A DNA stretch of 52,178 nt from Candidatus Parvarchaeota archaeon (GCA_030615175.1 JAUWZX010000003.1:1-52178), one strand, 5' to 3'. Numbered from the stretch's first letter, positions 10,177 through 21,424 are shown. Notes: a model not told the origin generated them from the sequence alone. Numbers and translations are program-made.

Positions 10177-12318
10177 TTATTGCCATCCTTCTTCTGGTTC
10201 TTTTCCTTTTGCCCTTCCTTTTTTCTTTCCACGATCCCTTACTGACACGAATATGAATCCCATTATGGCTAAGCCGAATACCGCTATAGTTATTAATGAA
10301 TTAAGCAATCCTTTTTCAAGTTCTTGTGCTTCTACTCTTGTTTCATTAAATTGCTCGAAGACTGTTGTGCGCCTTTCCCTGAATTCATCAGCATCCATTG
10401 CGTAGTAAATATCTTCAATTATGTCCTCAGTGTCACTTAACAGGTTGTAAATGTCACTGGCTTTCCTGACTCCCCATTTAGCCTTGAAGTCTTCATGTAA
10501 TTCGTATGTTTGATTATATAATGTTCTGTTTACCGCTGTAATATTAATTCCTATTGCCGTTAAGTTAGCGTCTATTTTTATTAATTGCTCGTCTAGCCAT
10601 GACCAATTATATGAACCATACTTATTTTCTAGGTAGGTTTTAACGCTTATTACTGTGGCGTTAAGGCCTGTTAACCTGTTCATAATGCTTGTGTTAAGGT
10701 TTATGAATTGTTGAGTAATATTTTCTAGCATTGTATTGTTTACATTAAGTAATCCTCCCGTAGTATTAGTTATGATTGATGAATTAACATTAATGAATTG
10801 TAATGTCCAATTATTCTGCATGCTTGATTGATTTTCAGCAATATATTTTCCTCTTTTAAATATTAATAACCTGTGGGCTGCTAGTCCAGGAATGGTTAAG
10901 CCATTAACGAAGGTTATGCCTCCATGGCAGCCGAAGACGTATTGCTTTCCCGTGATGGCTCCGCCTGTCGTGTTCCCTAGCCATGTAGCTCTTACTACGT
11001 GCTGGTCGTCTGCGTATATTTCAATTTCTGGAGTTGGACTGCCAGTGTAAGAGATTAGTGTTCCGTTCTGAGTTGTTTCTTCAATTTCGCAAGCAAGTGT
11101 GTGTGATGAAATATTTAATGTGTTGCCTATAAAGTCCTTGAATAGTAATTGCAGGTATGCATCTTCCTCTGGGCTTCCAGAAACTACTTCTTGATGCCTG
11201 ACATTAACTACTTCCTCATTTAATTGTTCAGCTATTGGCTTAGAGTATCCTTCAAAGATTAGCCATACTAGGAATTCATTGGTGTCAGTCCATATTGAAC
11301 CTGCATCTACCGTTTGTGATGAGTGCCCTTGTATTGAGTAGTCTTGACCAATGTTAACGTAGTTTGCTGCGCTCCAGTCAGCACTGCCATTAACTATTAT
11401 TTCGAAAAAGTTTCCTGAAAAGTTGCCGATTCCTACTTCAGTGCAGTTCTTAACCCACACATCTTGAGTTAGTTCTGTGGTTGAAATATTGACGGTGTTA
11501 ATGTCATTAATGTGCACGTTTACTGGATCTATTGCTCCAGTGCCTTTCTTCTGTAACCAGTAACAAATCCATGACCTTGTTAGATTTACTGGCTTATCCT
11601 CTGCGTAAAGGCTTACTTGAGCCCACCTGCCACCATATATTTTTGATGAAGTTGCTGGTTCATTAACCCCGAATATTCGATTATCAGTGCAGCCATGCTT
11701 GTAAGTAACGTTGTAATAGCCTCCTGCCGTTAAGTCAATAGTTGTTAGCGTGATTCCTGTCGGGGCGTAATAAGTTAGGTTTCTTGGGCTGTAAGTCCAT
11801 ACTGCTTCAGGTATTCCTGTGGCGTTTGCTATGATTGAAGTATTAATATTATAGAATTGAGTAGTTATGTTCTCCATTATTGTATTATTTAAGTTAATAA
11901 TGTTTCCTGTTTGATTACTCATTATTTCTTCATAGCTATACTTATCAACCACACTAAACTTGAATCCTTGACTTGTTTCCCAACTGGCTTCTGGGTTTGT
12001 TTTATTACAGAAAATAAATCCTAAGTAGATTCCTTCATCCGGAAAACCCGCTGTCGTAGTATTTTTATAATAACCATCATTAATGTGTGTCATAATTCCA
12101 TTAGTTATTATCCTTGTTTCATTAGGTGCCGTTAAATTAAATAAACAAGTGGCCCCCGTAATTGGTGAAGAATTAAACGGTGATGTATTAGCTATTGGCA
12201 ATGAATAAATCGTGACTGGTTCGCTTTGATTATAAGTAATCATTCCATACTCCGAACCAACCACTATAGAGAATAGTAGAGTTACTATTGTTGTAAAAAT
12301 AATTGTTTTAGTATTCAT
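10177..12318 (-). CDS. membrane-anchored glycoprotein
   Basis: Signal peptide, many N-x-S/T sequons, internally duplicated NNTxxENITxQF segment, C-terminal TM helix. Confidence 0.8.
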   Translation of the reverse strand: MNTKTIIFTTIVTLLFSIVVGSEYGMITYNQSEPVTIYSLPIANTSPFNSSPITGATCLFNLTAPNETRIITNGIMTHINDGYYKNTTTAGFPDEGIYLGFIFCNKTNPEASWETSQGFKFSVVDKYSYEEIMSNQTGNIINLNNTIMENITTQFYNINTSIIANATGIPEAVWTYSPRNLTYYAPTGITLTTIDLTAGGYYNVTYKHGCTDNRIFGVNEPATSSKIYGGRWAQVSLYAEDKPVNLTRSWICYWLQKKGTGAIDPVNVHINDINTVNISTTELTQDVWVKNCTEVGIGNFSGNFFEIIVNGSADWSAANYVNIGQDYSIQGHSSQTVDAGSIWTDTNEFLVWLIFEGYSKPIAEQLNEEVVNVRHQEVVSGSPEEDAYLQLLFKDFIGNTLNISSHTLACEIEETTQNGTLISYTGSPTPEIEIYADDQHVVRATWLGNTTGGAITGKQYVFGCHGGITFVNGLTIPGLAAHRLLIFKRGKYIAENQSSMQNNWTLQFINVNSSIITNTTGGLLNVNNTMLENITQQFINLNTSIMNRLTGLNATVISVKTYLENKYGSYNWSWLDEQLIKIDANLTAIGINITAVNRTLYNQTYELHEDFKAKWGVRKASDIYNLLSDTEDIIEDIYYAMDADEFRERRTTVFEQFNETRVEAQELEKGLLNSLITIAVFGLAIMGFIFVSVRDRGKKKGRAKGKEPEEGWQ

Positions 12319-12526
12319 TTAATTAACTCCTTAACTTCTTTAATTGCTTTATCACATAATTCCTTATCTTTAGACGGCTCACAATATAAGCTATTAAGCG
12401 TTAATTTATAATCGTGCAATACTTCAAGCACTGATGAAAGCGTTTCCTCAAGTCCTTTTTTCTCAGCCATTTATTTATTCTTAATGAATTATTAATTAAT
12501 AAGTTTTGCTTAGTTGTTTTTTACAG

Positions 12527-13072
12527 TTATATTAAGTATTCTTTAATGATTGTTTCCTGAAATAATGATCTTTGAACGTCTACTAAGTAATTATTATTTC
12601 CAATGACTGCTAAAACTAGTGAATGACTATTTGTTGAGCCTTTTGTTGAAACAACTCTTGCAGTCATGTTTACTGCTCTGGCCATTGCAGTGAATATTAC
12701 TGAAAATGTCTTGCAGTCGCCACCATTCTCTAATGAATCTTCAAAATTGATTAATTCATTACCAGCATTCTTATTGTGTTCAGCACTGTATTTAATGTTA
12801 TCCTTAACGAATTCACTAATACGTTTGGCCCTACATATGTCAGAACCACATATTTCTGTTAGGCTAATCGTTAATTCCTTAACATCTGGTATCATTAATT
12901 CAGCATTATGGTTCAGAACTGCTGATGTATAACTCGATGGTAGTAATGGCATGACATAAGGTGATATGATGAGTAATATAATTATAGAAGCTAAGCCAGG
13001 AATGGAAAGAATAAGCATTGCTGTTTTAAGGTTTTTTAAAAAATTAATTTTTTTAATCCCTAACTTATTCAT
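12527..13072 (-). CDS. transglutaminase-like (Cys-His-Asp) protein with N-terminal TM helix
   Basis: GGDCKTFS...ARVV...HSLV...VD. Confidence 0.75.
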   Translation of the reverse strand: MNKLGIKKINFLKNLKTAMLILSIPGLASIIILLIISPYVMPLLPSSYTSAVLNHNAELMIPDVKELTISLTEICGSDICRAKRISEFVKDNIKYSAEHNKNAGNELINFEDSLENGGDCKTFSVIFTAMARAVNMTARVVSTKGSTNSHSLVLAVIGNNNYLVDVQRSLFQETIIKEYLI

Positions 13073-13117
13073 TGTTTATTTTTAAGTAAATCGTGATTAA
13101 TAAGTTTTTCTTAAATA

Positions 13118-16100
13118 TTAAAATATGCCTATTATCAACTGCCAGAAGAACATCCAAATATTTGTGAAGAAGTCTATTATTGCTTTTGACATTTCTTCTA
13201 ATCCAGGTATTGTTATTGGGGTTATCACTGCTCTTTTGTATATTTTTATTTTAATGCTTTCTCCAACATCTAGGACTCCTAAAGTAATTACTAGTGTTTC
13301 CACTTCATCTATTTCTTCGCAGGTGAATTCTATTGTGTTGACATCTATAATTAGTCTTTCTGTGTACTCGTTAACTTTTGCTACGTAATCAACTAGATTA
13401 CAGTCTTTTTCCTCGTATTCCCATAATAGTTCTGTTAGTGGTACGTAAGCTATACTAGTGACTTCTGCCTCTTGCACGTTGAACTCGGTGTTGTTAAATC
13501 GTAGTTTATAAGCTGGTCTTGGCAGGTTGTACGTTGCTGTTGGCGTTTTATAATTTAACCTGAAGTCTTTGGTTTCCCCCGCTAGTATTGTGCCTAAGTT
13601 AACGCTTAATGTTCCTTGCTCCAGCCCATAGTCAGTTATTGTCTTATTATCCTCATCTAGTAATTTTATTTCCTCGCCGTACCCGATTCTTATGTCTTTG
13701 TAAATATCTACTGTTATGTTTTCTGAAGCGTAATTAGTTAGTCTTATTGTTATGTTAACGTCTGCTAGTTCGTTCACGTAGAATTCTTCTTGGTAGTGGT
13801 ATGCTAATTCTGCGAATACTGGTGGCGTGTAGAAGGTGATGTTATGATGATTGTACGATCTTGGTTGAATATTTTCATCCTCTATGCTTATGTAAGGTCC
13901 ATATAAATCCCATAATAGTTCTTCTCCTACTTCATCGTATAGAATGTTAGTTGCTTCTGGACTTATTCTGAATTTATCAGTTATGGACCTTGTTACTATG
14001 TTTGGATTATAGAATCTACATTCATACTTCCAGTATACTGCTTCACTTACGCCTATCTTTGTTCTTATGTGTTGTTTAGGACAGTCCCCGGCCACACTTA
14101 ATGAACAGTTCTCCCAGTTTCTTGCCTCGTTTTTGCATTGAGTTAATATTGGATCACCAACTAGGGCTGTTATGTAAAATTCGCTTGATTGATTCAGTGA
14201 TGGTTCATACCACGTTATCCTATCTGTCCTGCCATTACCGTTAGTATCCTCTTTTAGTACATTGTAATTCTTATTGGTTGTTACATCAATCCATACTCCA
14301 CTAATCTTCTTATATAAGTATGGTATCACTATTGATTCATTGACGCTTGTGTAAACCTTAACATTAGCGTATATTGGTTCTACTGGACCTGACAAGTTAA
14401 CATACTTAGTATAATGAGTTAAGTTTACAATAAAGCTTGTCGTTATGTTTGGCGCCGTGGTGTTATAAGTTACGTTGAATCCTATTTCTTGTCCCGCAGT
14501 CATTGATGACTTATTCCACTTAAAATAACGCTCTGAAGCATTTACTTCTTGTGGAGTTATTACTTCGGTGTCAGTTGTTATATTAATTGTTGATGGATTA
14601 GTGCTTGTAGGTATTGTTAATTGTCCTGTAACATTATAGTAAGTGATTGCTGCGGTATTATCCCAGAATACTTGCCTAGAGTAATTAACTTCTTTGTTAA
14701 TCTCTATTGCCCCCAAAACTAATGAACCAATTATTTCATTTACTGCTGGCATCGTATAATTAGTTACCGCTATATAAGTTCCTGATGCCACTACATCGAA
14801 TAGTACGCTTGTACCATTTCCTGACTCCATTACTGCTTCAGCAGGTATCTCCGTGAATGTTACATTAACATTATCATAACCCACTAGTGTGTCTGTGTTA
14901 GTACCGTTTATTTTTGCCTCAAATCTTGCTCTGGGGCCAACTATTATTGTAAGGTTTTGTGCTTGTATTTCTGGTTTTTTTGTTATCACATTGGTTTTAT
15001 TGCTGACTACTTCTCTCGTATCATCTGTTCCTGTTCCTGATGCAGGTATTGATGGTATGTATTGTATTCCTGTTATCGTGCAAGTCCATCCACTTCTACA
15101 CATTGCAGAAGCCGATGTATTATTGTATGCAACGTTTGTGAAACTTATGTTTAATGAATTACTTGCTCTTCCCTTGCCATGAATCCATGCTAGTCCTCCT
15201 GCGTAAGTTGTTTCTGTTACGTATTGCTGCCAGTCTGTTCCTGTTGTTTCCGTAAGCCAGTCTCCAGTGTCAGAGGCATTCCATTCAAAAGTATTGTTTA
15301 TGTTTCTTGTTCCTGTACAGTAATCACACACCGCTTCACCATACAGTAATGAAACTTCCCATGGCACGTCTGTGAAGTTATAGTTTGCAGTTCCATTAAC
15401 TAGCCTTACTATACCTTGATGAGTCATATTTTGCTGGTAACTCTTGTTTTCCTCCCAGTTATGAATTGTCTCATTAATCCAGTCACCAGTGTCAGAGGCG
15501 TTGAATGCGAAGTCACCGATATAGAAGCCCCTTAAGTCAGTGCAGTAATCACAAACGGTTTCATTTGTTGGTAGTGAGACAGTCCAATTAACATCAGTGA
15601 AATTATAGTCAGGATTAGTTCCGTTGATTAATCTTAGTAATCCTTGAGAACTAAGATTATGACTGTAACTATTGTTTTCTTCCCATGCTTGAATAGTTTC
15701 GTTAATCCAATCTCCTGTATCTGAAGCATTCCACTCGAAGTCTCCTACATTAACATTCATAGTATCTGTACAATAGTCACAGACTGTTTCATTGACTGGT
15801 AATGATACGCTGAAATTAACATCAGTGAAGTCCCTGCCAGTGTTAGTGCCATTCACTTTCCTCTTAATTCCTTGGTGAGTTAAGTTATGACTGTAAGTAG
15901 CATTCTCCGCCCAATTATGGACTGTCTCGTTAATCCAATCATAATAACAAGCAGCTACCGTGGTATTCTGACCTGAATTCCATGAAGTGCCAGGCACCCT
16001 AAGATTACCATAAGTAAAGTTACCATAACCTCCCTTGAATGGAGTTATCTCCCAATTAACAATGGACAGGTTTAGTTCATAATCACTAGTTAAGGTGATT

Positions 16101-19084
16101 GTAGTATTCACTGGTTGATAACTTAGATTAATGTTGCCAATGCTTTGAATCCAAGAAGTATTAGTGAAGCTAATCGTGGTATTATAATTGAATGGACTCT
16201 TAGAAGTGCTTGAAATATTACCATAAGTGGTTCCGTAATAATTAGGTAACTCCAAGTAAGCATTAACACTCCAATAGTGAGTGCCGTTAGGGAAGCAAGC
16301 CCAGTACTTAGGCGTGACTCCGAAATCATTAGGAATATTAGATTCCCATGTCCACGTCTCAGAAATATTTAATTGATTATTAGTATCACTTATGGCACTT
16401 GAGTATAATCCCCAAACTTCTTCACTAGTTAAAGGCCTGTCATAGATTCTTACATCATCAATAGTGCCATTAAGACCGGACCATATATCCCCACCACGCT
16501 TATACGCACCAATACTAAGAACATCAATTGGGTCAGTAGCACTTAGTAAAACATCAAACCATTTAGTCTTATTAATTGCACTCCCAGAAATATTTATCTC
16601 CATCTCAATTCCATTAAGATATACTTTTGGTGCTATACCATCATGCACTACTATTATGTGAGTCCAATTAGATATTTGGATTTTATTTGAAAAATCACGT
16701 AAACTAATAGTCCAGAATGAGATAACACTATCAGCACTCAAGTCAATAAGAAGATTGTCAATAGTTTGTTGGAATAACATTCTAAAACGAGTATTTTTTG
16801 CAATGGCATTCCTTCCAAAAGCTAAGTAAGATTGGGATGATGAACCAGAAACATTAGTTAATTTAGCCCATAATGAAACTGTTCCAGTAGTATCATCAGC
16901 GAATTCTGCTAAACTGGTAGTGTAAGCGTATTGACTGCCATTTAAACTTCCTATACTTCCATTAAAGTATACAGCGTTACCAAACCTCCCTGAAACCCAA
17001 GCATCATCAGTGGTGTTAGCCAATGTAAAGTTATTAAGATTAGAACCCGAATCATAAGCAGTGCTTCCTGAAGTTTCATCTAGTCGCCAGTAATTCTGAT
17101 AATCATTAACTTCACCAACATTACTCCTATCTATTGACTCTAAAGGTTTAAGACTCAAGTTAGCGAAAGTCTCTGCAAAGCTTGCATCTTGTGTTACGTT
17201 CCAAAAAGTCGCTGAATCATCACCATCAAGGGTGTCAGGAAGTCCATCTGTGTCGACTTTAATCCAGTCTATATGTAAAGAAATATTAATAGTATCAACA
17301 TTCGCTATTATACTTATAGCATTACTTTCTGAAGTATCAGGCACATAAGTTGGATTGCTTGTTGAATTACAAGCACCCACAAAAATCCCATCAACGTACC
17401 AATTAGCATAAGTATCATTTTCCCACATTAAAGTAATGTTGTGCCATCTGTTAAGCCAGTCATTATCTACTGTGCCATCCTCAATCGTATCAAGGTAAGT
17501 TCCTGCTAAACCATCAATTAATCCACCCTGTGCCGAACTATTAAAACATCTTCCTTGAACATAACCATCACCCGCTGCTCCCGCATACGTGAAAATAATA
17601 AAGTTAGTGTAAGGGGGAGCACCACCAGGAAGTCCAACCGAGAGTGTTGCATCATAACCTTGATTTGAATAATTAACGAAATTAACTCGCCAAGTCACAT
17701 TAAAATGGGTGCTTCTATTAACGTAAATTGAGAGTATATCACCAGTTGACATATTACTTGTGCCATCACCTAAGTCAGCAATAATTGGGCTGCCAGTCCA
17801 TAAATCAGAATTATATAAATCACCGAAATCATCATAAGTTGACTGAATCATTTGGCTTGAATCATAAGAGGTACGTTCTCCAGTAAAATTCTTATCAGTA
17901 TTAGTGCTCGTGTCAATATCCATTAAAACACCCTTAATGGCAGTTCTCGTTAATTCATCATCATAATTATATATGTCCTGATGAGTATCTGCGGAGTAGC
18001 CCTCTGTTCTATTTTTTGTTGTGAACCCTTGAATTAAAGTAACATTACCCCCATATGATACTTGAGTAGCAATACTTGAAGGATAAAATGTTTGACGAGG
18101 AACTTCGATAGTGTAATTAGATACTGTACGATTACTGAAATAAACGTATTCTAACCAATCGCCTGGTTGATACCATATTGCAACATAAAAAACTGTCCCA
18201 ATACCGGTTACTAATTTAAAATCTTGAATCCAAAAAGAGTTTCCAGTAGATATTGTGTAATTAACTAGCGTGTAATTATTTGTTTCAACATCACTATAAT
18301 TAACTTGTATTATTGTTTTATCAATCGTGTCTTCCATTATCTTAATATTATTCCATCCCTGTTGAGTAGTTGTGCCACCACCCGCCCAATTCACAACATC
18401 ATACAACTTTGTTATCCTTGAGTAATCACTCAAACTATTATTATAAGCCCATATCTCTTGAAAAGTTCCATTAGTTAATACGAGATTAATTAATCCATTA
18501 CTAATATTATACTGCGTTGTCGTATTAGAGATGACCACTATTGATTGATCGCCAATTCTTAGTTTTGCTTTACTAGGATTAATAACATTTAATATTATTG
18601 ATTCTCCATCGAAGGCGTTAACTTCGCTCTTAGCATCAATTAAACCCGCACCCTCATCAAGGCTTGTAATACTGACTTTACTGCTTAAGCTATTGCCAAT
18701 CTTGCTTAATTCAGCGTTAATATCATCAAGAGAATATTGAAAGTCCTTATAAGTAGTGGTGATGATTGGGTTCTTAGTGTCTTCAACCATTATACAATTC
18801 TTACCTATTGGGCTACCATTATCATCAAAAACATCATGACACTCCTCCCTTAATGGGTAAGTAATCACTTCAACTTCCTTAATATAATACTTAGGCACTA
18901 ACTGGAATTCATTGATTCCCTTAGTTACCCTATCAGGCTTAATAACGTCAAAATAAGAGAAAGGGCCATCATGCTGAATCACATGCCAAGCCAAGTATTC
19001 GCCAGTGGTTAAATCAAGACCTGCAAAGGATAAGCTAATTGAAATTAAAGTTATTAAGCCCAGAATAAGTAATTTATTATTCAT
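13118..19084 (-). CDS. giant surface protein (about 1988 aa) with LamG/concanavalin domains
   Basis: Likely start MNNKLLILG (signal peptide) at 19084 rather than 19213; YWRLDE...GTIDDVRIYDRPL LamG motif; hydrophobic C-terminus. Confidence 0.85.
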   Translation of the reverse strand: MNNKLLILGLITLISISLSFAGLDLTTGEYLAWHVIQHDGPFSYFDVIKPDRVTKGINEFQLVPKYYIKEVEVITYPLREECHDVFDDNGSPIGKNCIMVEDTKNPIITTTYKDFQYSLDDINAELSKIGNSLSSKVSITSLDEGAGLIDAKSEVNAFDGESIILNVINPSKAKLRIGDQSIVVISNTTTQYNISNGLINLVLTNGTFQEIWAYNNSLSDYSRITKLYDVVNWAGGGTTTQQGWNNIKIMEDTIDKTIIQVNYSDVETNNYTLVNYTISTGNSFWIQDFKLVTGIGTVFYVAIWYQPGDWLEYVYFSNRTVSNYTIEVPRQTFYPSSIATQVSYGGNVTLIQGFTTKNRTEGYSADTHQDIYNYDDELTRTAIKGVLMDIDTSTNTDKNFTGERTSYDSSQMIQSTYDDFGDLYNSDLWTGSPIIADLGDGTSNMSTGDILSIYVNRSTHFNVTWRVNFVNYSNQGYDATLSVGLPGGAPPYTNFIIFTYAGAAGDGYVQGRCFNSSAQGGLIDGLAGTYLDTIEDGTVDNDWLNRWHNITLMWENDTYANWYVDGIFVGACNSTSNPTYVPDTSESNAISIIANVDTINISLHIDWIKVDTDGLPDTLDGDDSATFWNVTQDASFAETFANLSLKPLESIDRSNVGEVNDYQNYWRLDETSGSTAYDSGSNLNNFTLANTTDDAWVSGRFGNAVYFNGSIGSLNGSQYAYTTSLAEFADDTTGTVSLWAKLTNVSGSSSQSYLAFGRNAIAKNTRFRMLFQQTIDNLLIDLSADSVISFWTISLRDFSNKIQISNWTHIIVVHDGIAPKVYLNGIEMEINISGSAINKTKWFDVLLSATDPIDVLSIGAYKRGGDIWSGLNGTIDDVRIYDRPLTSEEVWGLYSSAISDTNNQLNISETWTWESNIPNDFGVTPKYWACFPNGTHYWSVNAYLELPNYYGTTYGNISSTSKSPFNYNTTISFTNTSWIQSIGNINLSYQPVNTTITLTSDYELNLSIVNWEITPFKGGYGNFTYGNLRVPGTSWNSGQNTTVAACYYDWINETVHNWAENATYSHNLTHQGIKRKVNGTNTGRDFTDVNFSVSLPVNETVCDYCTDTMNVNVGDFEWNASDTGDWINETIQAWEENNSYSHNLSSQGLLRLINGTNPDYNFTDVNWTVSLPTNETVCDYCTDLRGFYIGDFAFNASDTGDWINETIHNWEENKSYQQNMTHQGIVRLVNGTANYNFTDVPWEVSLLYGEAVCDYCTGTRNINNTFEWNASDTGDWLTETTGTDWQQYVTETTYAGGLAWIHGKGRASNSLNISFTNVAYNNTSASAMCRSGWTCTITGIQYIPSIPASGTGTDDTREVVSNKTNVITKKPEIQAQNLTIIVGPRARFEAKINGTNTDTLVGYDNVNVTFTEIPAEAVMESGNGTSVLFDVVASGTYIAVTNYTMPAVNEIIGSLVLGAIEINKEVNYSRQVFWDNTAAITYYNVTGQLTIPTSTNPSTINITTDTEVITPQEVNASERYFKWNKSSMTAGQEIGFNVTYNTTAPNITTSFIVNLTHYTKYVNLSGPVEPIYANVKVYTSVNESIVIPYLYKKISGVWIDVTTNKNYNVLKEDTNGNGRTDRITWYEPSLNQSSEFYITALVGDPILTQCKNEARNWENCSLSVAGDCPKQHIRTKIGVSEAVYWKYECRFYNPNIVTRSITDKFRISPEATNILYDEVGEELLWDLYGPYISIEDENIQPRSYNHHNITFYTPPVFAELAYHYQEEFYVNELADVNITIRLTNYASENITVDIYKDIRIGYGEEIKLLDEDNKTITDYGLEQGTLSVNLGTILAGETKDFRLNYKTPTATYNLPRPAYKLRFNNTEFNVQEAEVTSIAYVPLTELLWEYEEKDCNLVDYVAKVNEYTERLIIDVNTIEFTCEEIDEVETLVITLGVLDVGESIKIKIYKRAVITPITIPGLEEMSKAIIDFFTNIWMFFWQLIIGIF
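15263..15940 (-). repeat. three intragenic 74-76 aa repeats
   Basis: DWINET...NLTHQG...CDYCT...NASDTG units at spacings of 228, 228 and 222 nt. Confidence 0.85.
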
Positions 19085-19206
19085 TAATTCATAAATTAAA
19101 CACTCATAGTATTTAATTGTTACTTTCAACGCCAAAACCCCATCTCCTCTCTCGTTAATAACGATTGGAAATGTATAAATATTATCACGAACTTCAAAAA
19201 ACTCAA

Positions 19207-20067
19207 ATGGCATTCAAAAAAGGGAACATTCCATGGAATAAAGACAAGCCTCATACTGAAGTAACTAAGAAGAAACTGAGGGAGAACCATTGGACAAAAA
19301 ATGAAAAGATTAAAGATGATGTAATGCAAAGGATGATTAAAAGCAAGAATGAATTTTATAAAACAGATAAAGGAAAGAAATTAAAAAAATCCCTTAGTGA
19401 ATTAAATAAAGGAGAAAATAATCCACATTATGGCAAACCACGTTCTGAAAAAACAAAGGAAAAAATAAGTAAAGCAAACAGTGGTGAAAATAATGGAATG
19501 TATGGGAAAAAACCGTGGAATAAGAATAAGAAATGGCCAGAGATAAAAGAATGGCTTGGCGAATACGAATTTAAAAAAGGTAATAAATCTTGGAATGATG
19601 GATTATCTATGGCAATAGATGAAAGAGTTAAAAATAATGTAGAAAGTATGAAGAAAACTAGGAATACTAAAAAATGGAAAGAAACAGCTGGAAAAGAAAT
19701 GGGGCTGAAAATAAGTAAAGCGAACAGTGGCGAAAATGGCCCTAACTGGCAAGGAGGGATTTCTTTTGAGCCTTATGGCCCTGAATTTAATAAAAGATTA
19801 AAGCAGAAGATTAAAGAAAGAGATGATTATACTTGCCAGTTATGTGGTAATAGAATTTTAGTATTTTCTAAGAAAAGACATCTTACAGTCCATCATATCA
19901 ATTATAATAAAAAGGATTCAAAAGATAAAAATTTAATTACATTATGTAATTTCTGTAATATTTCAGTTAATAAGGATAGAGAAGATTGGACTAATTACTT
20001 TCAAGAGAAGATTAATCAAATTATTAGTGCTAATGCAGATGTTGGAGCAATAAATGATATTGTGTAG
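19207..20067 (+). CDS. free-standing homing endonuclease (NUMOD3-like repeats plus HNH)
   Basis: FKKGNIPWNK, SEKTKEKISKA, GENN.YGK repeats; RDDYTCQLCG...VHHINY...NLITLCNFC; likely ATG at 19207. Confidence 0.85.
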   Translation: MAFKKGNIPWNKDKPHTEVTKKKLRENHWTKNEKIKDDVMQRMIKSKNEFYKTDKGKKLKKSLSELNKGENNPHYGKPRSEKTKEKISKANSGENNGMYGKKPWNKNKKWPEIKEWLGEYEFKKGNKSWNDGLSMAIDERVKNNVESMKKTRNTKKWKETAGKEMGLKISKANSGENGPNWQGGISFEPYGPEFNKRLKQKIKERDDYTCQLCGNRILVFSKKRHLTVHHINYNKKDSKDKNLITLCNFCNISVNKDREDWTNYFQEKINQIISANADVGAINDIV

Positions 20068-20840
20068 TGAGTGAATAATAAGTAATCGTATATGAAATGT
20101 GCAACTACTGCTGGTATGGTACTATATTCTAGGAATTCTAGTTTTGTTCCTTTAAGCATGAAACCTAACATGCCGGGCATGATAAAAATCATACCTAACA
20201 TATAGGCCATTACGTAACTTTGTATGGGTAAACTTTGGGCGACTGTGTAACTTCCGAAGTGCGATAAACTCCATATAATGCTACCGACTAGTAAGCCTAC
20301 CACTAGTAGTGTTAGTTTATCTCTTGTCTTCATTGGTCCTGCAAACCTGTTTGCAAATACGTCTCCTGCAAATTTCCTCATTATTTCCTCAGAGAAGGCT
20401 ACCATGATGAAATAGATAGCTCCCGCCAGCATGCTTAGTTCAGGCATTAAGGCCATATCTAGTACTACTGCGGTATAAAAAAGGTATCCTAGTGGTAGTG
20501 GTAGGAGGCCTAGTGTTACTGCTAGTGGTTTTGCGAATAGGAAGTATACTCCGAATCCTACTCCAGCGCCCATGGCTACATATACTATATACATCCATTT
20601 GTGTTTTCCAACATCAAAACCAAGAACGTCAAGCCATTGATCGATAGGTACTACAGATGCTAGTATGATGAAAATTGGAAGAATGATTGTAACCATGAAG
20701 AACACGATTACGTTTGTGGCTGTTGCGAAAACTAAGTCAGTGATTACTGTTGCAATAACTAAGAAAATCAGCACCCCAATTGTCCAGAGGGGTAGTTTTG
20801 GGATTTCAGTAACCATGTCCCTTGCGATTCTTTCTACCAT
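20016..20840 (-). CDS. CPBP (CAAX/Abi) intramembrane protease
   Basis: Multi-TM; EEIMR, WSLSH and AHFIYD motifs. Confidence 0.75.
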   Translation of the reverse strand: MVERIARDMVTEIPKLPLWTIGVLIFLVIATVITDLVFATATNVIVFFMVTIILPIFIILASVVPIDQWLDVLGFDVGKHKWMYIVYVAMGAGVGFGVYFLFAKPLAVTLGLLPLPLGYLFYTAVVLDMALMPELSMLAGAIYFIMVAFSEEIMRKFAGDVFANRFAGPMKTRDKLTLLVVGLLVGSIIWSLSHFGSYTVAQSLPIQSYVMAYMLGMIFIMPGMLGFMLKGTKLEFLEYSTIPAVVAHFIYDYLLFTHYTISFIAPTSALALII

Positions 20841-20881
20841 TATGTTATTATTTTAGTATTTCTAAGTATTTTAAATTAATG

Positions 20882-20960
20882 GTAGTTGGTTGAGAGTATG
20901 AAAGGTGCACTATCACGCCCTCCACGTGTCGCCATCGTGGAACTCTCAACCGAACACTAC
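20882..20960. ncRNA. candidate structured intergenic RNA element (three-way junction)
   Basis: GGTTGAGAGT 20888-97 pairs with ACTCTCAACC 20942-51; inner TCCACG/CGTGGA; GC-rich in an AT-rich spacer. Confidence 0.4.
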
Positions 20961-21073
20961 AGTTTGGGATTTTTAATAACAACACACGGACAAGGAGCAT
21001 CGTTATCAATTATTATACTCATTAATGATATTTAAACGTTATTAAAAAATAAATAAGTAAAAAGAATTAAAGT

Positions 21074-21424
21074 TTAGATTTCTATGCTCTTATGTAGTCT
21101 CTTGCTGGCTCCGTACGCTACTGCCGTTACTAATGAGACTATTGCTGACGTTAGCGTGTAATGTATTAGTGCCATGAAGAATACTATTATTGCTGATGGC
21201 ACTCCTGTCGTCATCATTTCAGCTATTGTCGTGGCTTCTGCTGTTCCCGTTAGTAGTCCTGTTACTGCTGACATTATTGGTTCTATCAGGAATATTGCTA
21301 GTGTGCCAATCACGAGTCCCGCTATTAAGCCTAGTATTCCTGCTACCAGCATCATCTCTTTAAGGTCTTCTCTTAAGTCTTTTGCCGCTAAGAACGCTGC
21401 TATCCCGATTATTATTGTTAACAT
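21074..21424 (-). CDS. small multi-pass membrane protein
   Basis: Three hydrophobic segments. Confidence 0.7.
   Translation of the reverse strand: MLTIIIGIAAFLAAKDLREDLKEMMLVAGILGLIAGLVIGTLAIFLIEPIMSAVTGLLTGTAEATTIAEMMTTGVPSAIIVFFMALIHYTLTSAIVSLVTAVAYGASKRLHKSIEI

Noticed and set aside
19085..19213. N-terminal extension of the 2031-aa ORF and GTG/TTG-type extension of the HNH ORF
   Set aside because: The signal peptide begins at 19084 and the HNH motif at 19207; the interval looks like a divergent promoter region.
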